Assembly (NCBI RefSeq): GCF_006345805.1
Contig: NC_043011.1
Coordinates: 27,664,464-27,728,463 of the forward strand
Direction of reading: 5' to 3'
Source of the DNA: Octopus sinensis
Lineage: Eukaryota
DNA length: 64,000 bases
In this document: in pieces, positions 27,538-40,880 of the stretch
Layout: each line of letters starts with the position of its first letter
How positions within the stretch are numbered: position 1 is the first letter of the stretch
Translations under genes and position numbers: made by a program
The notes under the pieces: generated by a model
Seen by the model: the letters and a program-made list of their open reading frames with translations, nothing else
Told to the model about the DNA's origin: nothing
The model's database searches: none

Positions 27538-27827
27538 GGGTGGTGGCGACCCCTATTATACTCTTTTGCTCCAACTTTCTCGCACTCTTTCTTCCTGTTT
27601 CTTGTCCTCGTCTTGCTACGCAACATCTGAGCCTGGATGCGAATTCATCTATCCGTCGATGCTCTCGGTGTCGGGGGTTGACCTGCTTTCTCTTCTGCGG
27701 GGCTTAGGAATAGCAAGGGACCACGTTTCGGACTTCTCCCACCACAGAGGCGCGATCTTGAGAGGTCTGGGACGAAGACCGCTTCGCTCAACAAATAAAC
27801 AAACAAACAAACAAACAAACAAACAAA
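27538..27827 (+). mobile_element. 5'-truncated SINE (related to family C) with (CAAA)n tail and 11-bp TSD
   Basis: TSD CAGCACCAGTA at 27527-27537 and 27828-27838. The 5' part matches the reverse complement of 45860-45925. Confidence 0.85.
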
Positions 27828-28871
27828 CAGCACCAGTATGTCAAACGTCAGATTGGCATTAAGTGAGGTGCATGAAGCTCATACAACGACGTTTAAAGTT
27901 AATGCAGCTAGAGAAAACACTTGAATATCTCATCGAGAAGAAATATTTCTCAATCGTCAGTTCTAAAGACATAACACAATCTAAAATCAAAATAAAGAAA
28001 AGGACCTGCCGTCTCATAGCCTACGAAGCTTTAACTTCACTAACGTAAGAGAGAATGAATCTCAGGAAAAAATTCTCCTTTCATGATCAATCTATATGAC
28101 ACTCAAAGACTCATGACGCTGCAAAGGTCAATTAGTAATTAACAATGCCATAACTGAAGGTAGCGGAATGTGAAAGAAGCGTCTCACAATTGCAATGCAT
28201 TAAATAACAGGAGCCATTTGTTAGTGTTTCGCACCCGTATGTCGAAAGAGGAGGGAAGCGAAACCACAGTAATGAACATATACGTTACATACTGTGAATA
28301 ACTGACAAGCACCTTAACATATAAATACAAAACATATTTGTAAAGCAAAAACGTTCCTATCTCCATTAAAAAACTATTCGCCAATTGAAAGATCTTTTCC
28401 GCACTCCTGTCTTTTCTGGTGCTTACGACTATATTTAATCGGATTTGACTGGAGTCTGATACAGACGCTACGGCAGGTTTATCAAGGTTTCTTTTGCCTA
28501 TGGAAGAGTTCCAATAATTGCCTTGTACTCGGGGCCATGTTCTCACTACGTCTGCTGGTTTCTGAGACCGTAATAGTTTTTTTCTGTCTTCTCTACATAT
28601 TCTTTTTAGAGGACATCAAGTAGATTTTAACGTACGCATGGGGACAAAATTTCCCCTAAATTACCAGTGAATTGTATTCTTTCCATAAATAAATGCATAC
28701 AAGAAGGTATTCCTTCCAACTTACACACACACACAGACGCACAAACACACATCTACTTACATATATTCGTATATGTATGTACATAGATATACAGATAGAT
28801 ACATATATGTATGTATATAGATATGCATGTATATATATGTATGTATATAGATATGCATGTATATATATGTG

Positions 28872-28902
<31 letters not shown>

Positions 28903-29025
28903 GGTGTGTGTGTGTGTGTGTATGTGTGCATGTATATAATGTATCTATATAAACATATATATACATTATTTATATTTATAATATGTTTATACATAAAAAC
29001 ATATGCATATATATAACTATATACG

Positions 29026-29065
<40 letters not shown>

Positions 29066-29326
29066 ATATATATCATGGATTTTTACATACAACTAAAACA
29101 TATAGAGAAAAAAAAAAGAAAAGAAACGCAGACAGTGGGCTGCTAATACATAGATATTTCAATTCTTAATACAGATCATGTTCAACATTATCAGATAAAT
29201 ATTCATATGAACATATCATCTTCCTACGCAGCACGTTGTTTTATAAACACGTACACACAGATGGAGACGCACGCGCACAGACACACACACCACACATCAC
29301 ACACACACGAATACATTCCTACACAC

Positions 29327-29412
<86 letters not shown>
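29327..29412. repeat. (TATC)n microsatellite
   Basis: Seen directly in the sequence. Confidence 0.95.
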
Positions 29413-29645
29413 TTATTTATTTATTTAGCTATCTATCTATGTCTTACACACATATGTACATATGCATATGTATTTTCATATAAGAACCCGCTTTCGTATT
29501 TTATAAGATCAATGCCTAGAATAAAGGATTAAAATCGTGTCAGTAGGCTAATGCATATCAAATACCTAGTGAAAATACACTTACATCCACATTATTTTCA
29601 TTCTTAATCTTAAAACTGGCTATAATTCTATCTACAATAATAACA

Positions 29646-29691
<46 letters not shown>

Positions 29692-29854
29692 GGGAATAAA
29701 TCCAATTTACAGTGAAAAATCAGATTTAGGATTAAATCCAATTTTATAGTAAAATATTATAAAATATTATTAGAGACAAAACACCATTTTTGCAAAACAA
29801 ACAAGGAAAGACTTAATCAATACATAAAATTTTAATAAATATTCAAAAAAACCG

Positions 29855-29896
29855 CCACTACAATTGTTTCTTGTCTTGATCGACAATCTTCAGTGG
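29855..29896 (-). ncRNA. type I hammerhead ribozyme (inverted copy, 1-nt deletion in stem I)
   Basis: Minus strand cca-CTGAAGA-TTGTC(gatcaa)GACAA-GAAAC-AATT-GTA-gtgg. Confidence 0.75.
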
Positions 29897-31592
29897 ACTT
29901 CCAATCTAAAATATCAATATTTTAAATATAAAAATAATAATTTAAAATAATTAAAGTATGAATGAAAAATATAATATATAATCCATATATAACCTATATA
30001 TAATCCATATATAATCAATATATAAACAATATATGAAACTAACATAACCTATCAACAATTAAATATAAAATATAATATAAAATAAAATATAAAACAAAAC
30101 AAAAAAATAATAATAATATAATAATAAACTATATATACACCCATACACATATACCTAATTATATATAACCATATCTAACTACATACACTAAATCACACAC
30201 CTATATATATATCCTATACTACACATAAAACGTCTAGGCAACTATAAATAAATAAAATAGCTAACTACTTCAACACAATACTTATTCATACTCCCACACA
30301 CACACAATACAACACACATTCACGCTCTAGAAAAAGGACATCACTCAAAACTATGAACGGAGAAATGGAATAAATGGATTAAAAATTATATTCACTTGGT
30401 AAACGACACTACTTAAAAATTATGAAGAAAAAACTGCAATAAAACACAGAATCGCAAATAGACACAAATTACTACGAATTCCTTAACAAATTTATACATA
30501 TGTTAAGTTCTTGGTAAAGTAATTTTGTTTGGTGTATATGTTGAGGCTTATATGTACTTGTGGGTGTGTTGTGAGTGGGGTGAGTGTTTGTATTTGTTAT
30601 GTGGTGTGTGGTTACGTGTGTGTATTTGTGTGTGAATGTATAGGTTAAAGAGATTGCTATATAAGTATGTTATAGTGTTTAGTAAAGGGAGGTTTTATCA
30701 TTTATGTTTTGTGAGTTTTAGCTTATCATGGTAGTTTATAAAAGAATCCATTCATAATTTTTGTTTTATTTGTCTGTGTGGGGTTGAGTGGGTTTTTGGA
30801 GTATATGTTGAGGTTTATATGTATGTATAGGTATGTGTAAGTGGTGTAGGTATTTGTATATGTCGTGGGGGTGTGGTTTACGTGTGTGTATTTGTGTGTG
30901 AATGTTTAGGTTAGGGGGATTGCTATATAGGTATGTTATAGAGTTTAGTAAAGGGGAGATTTTATCATTATATTTTTTATGAGTTTGGTTTATCATGGTA
31001 GGTTTGTTAAGGAATTCGTAGTAATTTGTGTCTATTGCGATGTCTAGTGTGTTTATTGCATTGTTTCATTCATAATTTTTAAGTAGTGTTCGTTTTACCA
31101 AGTGTGAATATAATTTTTAATTCCATTTTTCCATTTCTCCGTTCATATTTTTAAGTGATGTCCGTTTTCTAGAGCGTGAATGTGTGTTGTATGTGTGTTG
31201 GTGGGAGTATGAATAAGTTGTGTTGAAGTATTTAGCTATTTATTTATTTATAGTTGCCTAGACATTTTTATGTGTATGTATAGGGATATATATATAGGTG
31301 TGTGATTTAGTGTATGTAGTTAGATATGGTATATATAATTAGGTATATGTGTATGGGTGTATATATAGTTTATTATTATATTATTATCATTTTTTTGTTT
31401 TGTTTTATATTTTATATTTTATATTTTTATTTAATTGTTGATAGGTTTATTTTGTTTAATATTGTTATATATTGATTATATATGGATTATATAGGTTATA
31501 TATGGATTATATTTTATATTTTTTCATTCATACTTTAATTATTTTAAAATTATTATTTTTATATTTAAATATTGATATTTTAGATTGGAAGT

Positions 31593-31635
31593 CCACCTGA
31601 AGATTGTCGATCAAGACAAGAAACAATTGTAGTGG
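31593..31635 (+). ncRNA. minimal type I hammerhead ribozyme
   Basis: CCAC-CTGAAGA-TTGTC(gatcaa)GACAA-GAAAC-AATT-GTA-GTGG: all stems pair, palindromic stem III ACAATTGT. Confidence 0.9.
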
Positions 31636-31726
31636 CGGATTTTTGAATATTTATTAAATGTTTATGTATTGATTAAGTCTTTCCTGTTTGTTTTGCAAAA
31701 TAGTGGTTTTGTCTCTAATAATATTT

Positions 31727-31783
<57 letters not shown>

Positions 31784-31799
31784 ATATATATATACATAT

Positions 31800-31817
31800 A
31801 TAATAATAATAATAATA

Positions 31818-31863
<46 letters not shown>
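31800..31863. repeat. (TAA)n microsatellite
   Basis: Seen directly in the sequence. Confidence 0.95.
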
Positions 31864-31866
<3 letters not shown>

Positions 31867-32009
31867 ATGACGGAATATTATTCCAAACTTACAGGGAAAA
31901 TTCAATTTAGAAATACTAAATCAAATTTCACAAAAATATAATATATATATAAATTAGAAAATATGTCCACTATAACATATATATATATATGTGTGTGAAT
32001 ATATATATG

Positions 32010-34822
32010 ATGTTGTTGAAAGGGCAGCTGCTGAGCAAGAATCTTTTTTGTGTATGGCACAAAAGATTGTACAGCAGCTGACCTGGCTTCATCAAACCCA
32101 AGCTCGCAGGTGGGACTACCCACTATATACAAGACCACCACAGCAAACAGACCCAAGATGGACACCGCCGGCAACAACATACACCTCACCTCGATGCTCC
32201 TACTGAACATCAGAGGACTGCAAACACTCAGTAACAGGACAAAAAACCCGTTCTTGAGAGACTTTGTCGCATGCAATCAAGCCTTATGCATAGCACTTAC
32301 GGAAACGCACCTGAAACGGGACATAGCAGATGCGGAATTACACATACAACAGTATGTTGTACTACGGACCGACAGAAAGAAAGAGTCATGGAGGAGTTGC
32401 TATGTACATCCGTGAGGACCTCACACCCCAGGTCCTTTTGTCATACTCAATCTCGGTGTGTGACACACTAATTGTACATATAAGGCAACTGTGTAGTGTG
32501 TGTGCTACATATCGCCCTACAGATGCCCCAAGCCATGTAGGCAAGTTTGAAGACTGCCTTATAAAAATAGAAGAAGTTCTAATCACATTAGAACAACACA
32601 TAAGTGTACTTCTTATGGGAGACTTCAATCTACCCAATGTCAGATGGCCCGAGGGCCTTTCTCTCCCAGGAATGACAAGATGTGAACGAGGACAGGCGAG
32701 GTCCCTCCTGAACCTCATTAACACCCTGCACATGGAGCAAGTAATACTCCAACCAACCAGGGCAGGTAACACACTGGATCTCTGCTTCACAAATAATATG
32801 GATCTCATCCATAATGTGAAAGTGACACCGACACTACTCTCGGATCACAACATGGTAGAGCTGACCATGTACGGGCCAAAAGAGAGCACGGACATGCAGC
32901 CTACAAGAAAACCTCAGAATCTTTCCAGCTTGACTACATAAGGCAAACTGGAAACAAATTGAGAAAGAGATCCTCAAACAAAAACTGGCCTAAATGTCTC
33001 TCCTCGCCAGACATCGACGTGAAACTTCAACAATTCATGTCTGTAATGCAAGACATATGATTACAAATGTATCCCAGAGAGAAGGCCACTGTACACAAGA
33101 ACAAAATCCCCAGAGAGAGGAAAATTTTAATGAGACGGCGTACAAAAATTTCAAATCGCCTAAACAACAGATTGAAAGCAGTGAAAAGTCCCGCCTGAAA
33201 ATAAAACTGTTGGAAATTGAAAAATGTCTGCAACTCTCCCATGAAAAGGAAAGAGCAGACAAAGAAGCCTGAGCTATAGACAACATAAAATCTAATCCCA
33301 GAGCTTTCTACAGGTATGCCAAAGAAACAGCTACGGTGCACTGTAGGATAGGGCCACTCCTTAAAAGGATGGCACACTTACAGGAAAACAATGAGGGTAA
33401 GTGAAATACTGAATGAGCAATTCAAGAGGTTTTCACTCCACCCCTTGGGCATTTCCAAATCACCAATCCAACTGACTTCTTTACCACTGCAGATATAAAA
33501 TCAGAGGCGGCGACGATAGATTACATCGATATAAAGGAAGACGATGTAATAAAGGCTATAGATGAAATGAAAACAGACTCAGCTACTGGCCCCGATGGAT
33601 TCCCGGCAATCCTCCTAAAAGTATGTAAGAGAGTCCTAGCAGACCACTGCAGTTCCTCTTTCAGAGCTTCCTTGCAAGCTGGCAAACTTCCAAGAAAACT
33701 GAAGGAAGGTAAAATATGCCCCATTCATAAAGGAGGTAGCAGAGCGGAGGCCAAGAACTACAGACCTATCTCTCTGACCTCACACATCAGCAAGGTCATG
33801 GAACGAATAGTCAGAAGGAAACTGATCACCTTCCTTGAAGAAAATGACTTGCTGCCCGACACCCAACATGGTTTCGACCAGGGAGAAGCTGTTTAACTCA
33901 GCTCCTACAACACTATGACTGGGTGCTGAAACGACTGCTCAACCACTCAAATGTGGAAGTGATATATCTCGACTTTGCAAAGGCCTTTGATAAAGTCGAT
34001 CATGGAATGATATGTCACAAACTGCGTGATCTCAACATAGTTGGAAAACTGGGAGAATGGCTTCATGACTTTCTGAAAGATAGAAGTCAGGTGGTAGTAG
34101 CAAATTAACACGCAAATAGTGAGCGGTGTTCCGCAGGGCACTGTTTTGGGACCACTACTGTTCATAATGGCCCTCTCAGACATGCCCTCAGCCACGCAGA
34201 GAGCCACGATCACAAGTTATGCAGATAATACAAAAGTTTCACAGGCAATACAGAAACCTGAGGACACTAAACGCCTGCAATGTGAGCTGGACAAAATATA
34301 CAAGTGGGCTAAAAAGAATAGCATGCAGTTCAATGCTGAAAAGTTTCAAGCTTTATACTATCAGCATGCAAAACTAAATGCAATACCCAATGAATACACT
34401 GAACCCGGAGGAATTGCAATCCCAGAGGCACAATCAGTGCGTGACCTGGGTATTTACATGAGTGATGACGCAACCTTTCGTGTACATGTTGCCAAATTGG
34501 CAATGAAATGTAGACGACTGGCCGGATGGATTCTCAGAACCTTTAGAACAAGAGAACAAGAAACCATGATGGTCCTCTGGAGGACACTTGTCCTAAGCCA
34601 CTTTGACTATTGCTCTCAGTTATGGTCACCATCCAGTGTCAAGTTCATCACAGAACTTGAGGCGATCCAACGAAGCTACACGAAGATACCCTCTATGCAG
34701 AATATAAGCTACTGGGAAAGACTCAAGAGATTAAAACTATATTCCTTGGAGCGTAGGCGGGAAAGATATGCCATAATATACATCTGGAAGATCCTGGAGG
34801 GACTTGTCCCAACCTTTGGCAT
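32010..34822 (+). mobile_element. CR1-group LINE, APE endonuclease plus RT ORF2 pseudogene (several frameshifts)
   Basis: EN motifs LLNIRGL, IALTETHL, HGGVAMY, MGDFNLP, TLDLCFTN, SDHNMV. RT motifs GPDG, NYRPISLTS, QHGF, YLDFAKAFDKVDH, SGVPQGTVLGPLLF, YADNTK, LERRR. Confidence 0.93.
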
Positions 34823-35308
34823 TTGGTGTTGCTACATGGTTTTACTTCACGAAAGCTTTTTAGCAACTGCCATTTGGTGCATGAGAGAGTTCGATGCAGC
34901 TGCCCTCATCTGCACCTCCTGCCGTGAAGTTGGTTCATCTGGGACACCTGACAGGAAGAGATCCAGTTTCATTTTAAAGACATCTGTATCCACCCCATGC
35001 AGGTCTCTTAGGTTCTTCGGGAGGATATTGAAGAGCTGTGGGCCTCGGAAGCCCAGGCTATCACAGTATCTTGTCCTACATCTTGATGACAAATTTGGAG
35101 TCCTAGGCACCACGCAGTGGCGCCCAGTTCTGGCATTTGTGTAACTCTCGATGCCAAAGTTTGGGACAAGTCCCTCCAGGATCTTCCAGATGTATATTAT
35201 GGCATATCTTTCCCGCCTACGCTCCAAGGAATATAGTTTTAATCTCTTGAGTCTTTCCCAGTAGCTTATATTCTGCATAGAGGCTATCTTCGTGTAGCTT
35301 CGTTGGAT
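34823..35308 (-). mobile_element. inverted 3' end of the same LINE
   Basis: 35151-35308 is the reverse complement of 34665-34822. The minus ORF continues GPQLFNILPKNLR...FKMKLDLFL to the stop. Confidence 0.93.
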
Positions 35309-35328
35309 ATATATATATATATATATAA

Positions 35329-35370
<42 letters not shown>

Positions 35371-35389
35371 GTGTGAGTGATTGTGTATA

Positions 35390-36530
35390 GAAGAATATAT
35401 TAATAAAAAGAATTCCAGCCTTGTCTGATTTTCACGTTTTATTTACATCTTATAATGATATATTATAAGATAATATATTATAATTGAATAAAATAAAATG
35501 AAATAGTAGAATGTTAAATGTTCATTCTTATTGAACTAGTACTTTCATGCATTGAATTCTGCAATCTTCGGGTTCATGTAGTGTTGACAGTCATGCTTCA
35601 CAATTTTTGACTGTAGCAAGATGATTGATTCTGTGCTATAAATACAGCTGGGTAGGCTCCAGAGTGCTAGGTTTTGCAAACTGTATTCTGACCAATCAGT
35701 GTGTAGTATCACTCAATTACTTAAGCTGATTGGTTGGTTGAGCTGATTGGTTTAGGCATCACGCTTTGTTGGACATGTCAAGAGTCCTGTATCTTGACCC
35801 TGGCCGAAGCAGCAATTGTTGGGTTATTTTTAGAAATGTTGTAAATATCCTTTGTCAGAGATTTTTATATTTTTATATTTTTATATTTCAATTGTCATCA
35901 TCATCATTGTCAGCACCTTAATTATTGTTGCTAGTGGTGATGGTGGTGGCAATAGAACTTTTAACCCTAAATAAGATAATTTTCCTGCTATCTTCATCTT
36001 GATCACCTTTAGTATTGTTGTTGTTGTTAGTGGTCATGGTCGCAGCAGTGGAAGTAATACCTCTAAGTATATTATTATTGCTTGTTTAGCTTGGGTTCGA
36101 ATTTATCAATAAATTCTTTTCTCTGATTCTCCTCTCGATTTCACTTGGGCTGTGTAATTTGTAGAACGAAATATTATATACATTTTCCGGCCACATGTTG
36201 CTAGGTGGTTACTCAAAGGTATCTGACGGACCTCTGGTCTCTAATCTGTTGCCGGTGTACACGTGAGCGTTCTAATAGTGCGTTTCCCGTCTGACCTACA
36301 TATATTTCTTCACAATTTGGGCATTTGATGCAGTAAATTAAATTTCTGCTTTTGCAGTTCATATTCGCGTTTGTGAATATTTTCCCGGTTTTTGTGTTTA
36401 TATATTGACCGGTATGTATGAATTGGCATGTGCCACATCGGCTATCATTGCATTTAGATACCGTGAATGTTTGGTCTTTGTTGCTGAGGTCAAATTTTGC
36501 CTTTGTTAGTAATGTTTTCAAGTTTTTAGG
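35390..36530 (-). mobile_element. 5'-truncated Penelope-like element: GIY-YIG endonuclease plus 3' UTR
   Basis: ORF 36213-36521 reads CNDSRCGTC...[20 protein letters not shown]...[10 protein letters not shown]. Hammerhead motif near the 3' end, and (TA)n on both sides. Confidence 0.9.
35532..35576 (-). ncRNA. hammerhead ribozyme motif in the Penelope 3' end (CCGAAGA core)
   Basis: TGAAC-CCGAAGA-ttgca(gaattcaa)tgcat-GAAA-GTAC-TA-GTTCA, with palindrome AGTACT. Confidence 0.75.
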
Positions 36531-36558
36531 CTTATTTATATATGTATATATATACGTG

Positions 36559-36661
<103 letters not shown>

Positions 36662-36799
36662 GAAGAGTATTTATTAAGATTCGCCTGACCCACTTCCCAA
36701 GAACTGGGATAAACGAAACTTGCCATAGTTATTAGTCGTTCTTTGTCCTTCTCTACATAACCAACGTCAATAATGTCACAATTCTCTCATCGCTTTATA

Positions 36800-37210
36800 A
36801 AGCTGTGAGGACCTCATCTATAGAGGTCGGTAGGTTGCGTCTGGAGATAAGTTGATCATCACTCGAAAAGCGCTTTCCTCCAAAAAAGACTTCAAGGTTG
36901 GAAAGAGGTGGAAGTCACATTTTGCGCGGTCGGGAGTGTAAGTGATAAGGAAGGATTTCATAGCCGCAGGTGTATGCTTCCATCAGGGCAGCATGCACAT
37001 TGTGAACTGGGGCGTTGTCTTGGACTAGACGGGTTCCTTTGGTCAGCATTCTACGTCTCTCTGCTTTGATGGCGTCCCGCAATTTCTGTCTGCAGCAGAG
37101 AAGCATAATATGCCCCGTTAATTGCTGTGCTTTTGCCAGAAAATCCATCATCACTACGCCGCGCTGGTCCCAAAGACAGTGCGCCTCACTTTGCCACCTG
37201 AGGGCTGGAC
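36800..37210 (-). mobile_element. mariner transposase fragment
   Basis: WDQRGVVMMDFL...LRDAIKAERRRMLTKG..LVQDNAPVH...YEILP. Confidence 0.8.
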
Positions 37211-37264
37211 ATATATATATGTACAAAACACCACATATACATATATATATATGTATGCGTATAT

Positions 37265-37300
<36 letters not shown>

Positions 37301-37302
37301 AT

Positions 37303-37510
37303 AGTTATCGCCATACTAATATGGCATTCTTATAAAAATAAGAATAAAGCTGTCCGCTTATTAGCTCCATGAGGCCATCGCCTTAAGTTAGCTATTTGAT
37401 ACATAAACTGTATCCACATAACCTTCGAACAAGGGAGGTCAGTCGCTCCACACTACTTGACCGGCAGCTACAGACGCGTTTCGGGGTATTGCCCCTTTTC
37501 AATGCAGCGT
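37303..37510 (-). mobile_element. short Penelope-type 3' end with hammerhead (37467-37508) in (TA)n
   Basis: GCTGCA-TTGAAAA-GGGG(caata)CCCC-GAAAC-GC-GTC-TGTAGC: stems intact, two core substitutions. Confidence 0.7.
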
Positions 37511-37556
37511 ATATATATATGGTGTGTACATATGTATGGATATATGTGTGTATATA

Positions 37557-37632
<76 letters not shown>

Positions 37633-37673
37633 GTATATATATGTATATATATGGTATGTACATATGTATATAT

Positions 37674-37722
<49 letters not shown>

Positions 37723-37734
37723 TATATTATATAG

Positions 37735-37765
<31 letters not shown>

Positions 37766-37791
37766 CACACACACACACACACACACACACA

Positions 37792-37835
<44 letters not shown>

Positions 37836-37852
37836 AAAATACAAAAATGGGT

Positions 37853-38735
37853 CCTGATCGAGGAGATGCTATTTGCTGATGATGCCGCTCTGGTATCACA
37901 CACAGAAGAAGCCCTACAAAGGCTCATCAACTGTTTTGAGCAAGCATGTGGCAACTTTGGCTTATTTATCAGCCTCAAGAAGACCAACATCATGGGTCAG
38001 GCTACATCAACCATCCCAAACATACATATTGGAGACCACAGACTATAGGAGGTGGAGAAGGTTACCTATCTTGGCGCTACCGTCACCTACAACCTATCCC
38101 TTGATACTGAGCTCAATATACGCATTGGCAAGGCAGCTGCTGTGATGGCCCAACCCTCCAAACGGGATGGGACAACAATAAGCTGACCAAGACTACAAAA
38201 ATGAAGATTTACCAGTCATGTGTTCTTAGCACTCTACTGTATGGAAGTGAGACTTGGATGCCATACACACGCCATACGACGCCGTACGTCGCCTAAATAT
38301 CTTTCACCTGCGCTGCCTCCGGAAAATCCTTCGCATCAAAGGGGAGAACCATGTCCCCAACAAAGATGTCCTCAAGCAAGCAGGAATACCAAGCATGTTT
38401 ACACTCCTCACACAAAGACGTATGAGATGGCGACGTGGAGATTGGCGACGTGGAGATTGGCGACGTACCGTAAAAGAGAGAACACAAAGGAGTGACATAG
38501 AGGGAGAGGAGAAATGGAAAGACAAGAAAAAACGTCAACAAGAAACTATGACATTACAACCAGCCAGGTAAAGTATTCGCTACATTTGCGGCACCTGCCA
38601 GAGGGAGTGTTTCTCCAGGATAGGACTACACAGTCACAGCAGGAGATGTATTAGGACATGAAATGTAAAAGCCGGACTAGATTATTTTATGAGCAACTCC
38701 ATTGTCTCCCGAGACAAAAAGGATGCCAACAACAA
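37853..38735 (+). mobile_element. RTE-clade (BovB-like) LINE 3' fragment
   Basis: [41 protein letters not shown], terminal CxxC..SRIGLHSH, and a tail ending ccattgtctcccgagac...gatgccaacaac. Confidence 0.9.
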
Positions 38736-38744
38736 TATATATGG

Positions 38745-38945
38745 ATTTCGTAGACAGGAACTGAAACAAATCAATCGTATATATATGTATATATGTAAGT
38801 GTATGTGTGTGTCTTTGTGTCTGTGTTTCGCCCTCATCACTGCTTCACAACTGCTGTTCATTTATTTACATCCACAAAACTTACTAGTTTCACAAGAACA
38901 AACTAATAGAATAAGTACTAGGCTTATCAGCATAAAAAAGCACTA
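38745..38945 (+). mobile_element. decayed SINE family A body
   Basis: ggatttcgtagacaggaactgaa...gaataagtactaggctt. Confidence 0.6.
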
Positions 38946-39027
38946 GGCTGTGTCTCATATTTTTGTTTGCCCACTCAGTTGTATCTATCAATTCATCTTT
39001 GTGTGTGTGTGTGTGTATATCTATATC

Positions 39028-39074
<47 letters not shown>

Positions 39075-39086
39075 TATATTATATAT

Positions 39087-39177
<91 letters not shown>

Positions 39178-40238
39178 ATACATTAATGGGAGCCTTAACC
39201 CCCAAATTTTAGTAATTTCTTTTATGATCCAAAACTAGGTCAAAAGTACTGAATGGATCTTTATGAAGTTTGGAAATTATATTCTAAGCATAAGGGCCAT
39301 AACCCCCATGACAATTCATATATTTTTGCTGTTGATGAAATTTTAACCATACATATTAGACACAAATGAAGTAATATTTATAAAATTTCATCTGCTTACA
39401 AAGTTAGAAAGACCCCTCCATGGGGACGTAACACCCACAATTTTATCATTTTATCTAAGCAAAAATGAATACAGTTGTGCTCTTGGAAGCTGTAGGGTTA
39501 TCCGAGCATAAAAGTTGGGCATTATTTCTAATTCAATGGTACAACAGTGTAACAGTTTGCATTGACATACACTTACATTGTGGTTTCTGCAATGTGGTGC
39601 ATAACTTGTTAAGTAAATGAGAGGCATCTTTGTCTCCACTGATTCAGTTGCAAAGTGTTGAGTAAAGTTATTTGATTGCACACCTCCTTTCAATCTTTTT
39701 ATTATCACTCGGTCACACATAGTTCCCAGGTGGTAACATTGATTACAAGGCCTTCCCACATGAGTAACTGGTTATTCAAAGACATTTACAGATTTTAAAT
39801 TCATTCTGTCCAGTTACGTATCAGTATAGTGGTCATTTGCAAACTCCAGGTGAGACACTTTCATTTCTCCTTAGCCCTCACGTCACACAGTTGTTAAAGT
39901 TGATTTCAGTTGGGTCACGCCCTTCTAATTGCTATAGATTTGTAATGCATGTTACGGCTGTGCCTGTCACCTGGATGGTGAGGAATCCTACATTGGGAGT
40001 GGTAACGACTAGGGTAGGGTAACTGACTGCTTATTGTGATCATTCGTCTTTTGGCTTTCATGTGGCACGATTACAATTTGTTTAGGGTGTGTAAAGAGGG
40101 AAATAACCCTCATCTGCAATTTTGATGAAATTCGAAACATAGATATTCCAGTTCATTCAGAAAATATAACAGAAAGTCTAATTCTTCAATCTCTGCTAGT
40201 ATATTTATATATCTCTGCTAGTATATTTATATATATAT

Positions 40239-40271
<33 letters not shown>

Positions 40272-40272
<1 letters not shown>

Positions 40273-40475
40273 AAGTTAATCCAAACAAGAAAGCACAAAA
40301 ACATAACAACGCGAGGACGTGGAACAAATATAGTATTATTGGACGCTTAGGAAAGAAGGAAAGAAGGAGGGTTTAACGTTACGAGCGGAGCTCTTCGTCG
40401 GAAACATAGGAGAAGGAAAGATCCAGAGAAGAGAAGATAGAGGAAAAAATCGCCAACGGTACACACGCAGTCACA
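40272..40475 (-). mobile_element. short Penelope-type 3' end with variant hammerhead (40371-40405) in (TA)n
   Basis: gttt-CCGACGA-A-GAGC(tcc)GCTC-GTAAC-GTT-aaac. Confidence 0.65.
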
Positions 40476-40495
40476 TATATATATATATATACAAA

Positions 40496-40880
40496 CAGGT
40501 GTTAGACAAAATAATGGAAACACCTTATAATTTCAAACAAATTAAATTTAATATGGGGTAGGACCAACTTTGGCAATAATTACAGCTTGACTTCTAAGAG
40601 GTATGGACTCGTACAAATTTTATATTTTTTCCAAAGGAATTTTTGTCCATTCTTCAGCTAAAACAGTCTCCAGTTCTTGTAGTGATGACTTGTTTCTAAA
40701 ATGTACTATACGTGTTCAATATTGAGATCTGTGGACTGTGGTTGTCAGATAAGATCTTCCACTTCACTGGAATGTTACTCGTGCCACTCAGTAACTACTT
40801 TTGCTGTGTGAATTGGTGATTTATCATCCTGAAAGATTGCGTTTCCCTCCGGAAACAGTTCCGCAACTTTCCGATCCTGT
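40496..40880 (-). mobile_element. Tc1-like transposon 3' fragment
   Basis: AIFQDDKSPIHTAKVVTEW and PQSTDLNIE (PQSPDLNPIE-like). TIR-like end CAGGTGTTAGACAAAATAATGGAAACACC. Confidence 0.8.

Larger units (their letters stand above)
29686..31730 (+). mobile_element. non-coding Penelope-type element with ~730-bp inverted terminal arms
   Basis: About 29757-30490 is the reverse complement of about 31003-31730. Each arm has a hammerhead, the spacer holds a ~200-bp direct duplication, and both flanks are (TA)n. Confidence 0.85.

Noticed and set aside
34119-35144. 341-aa ORF as an intact protein with a novel C-terminus
   Set aside because: The C-terminal third is antisense read-through into the inverted LINE end, the catalytic YADD is mutated to YADN, and upstream frames are broken.
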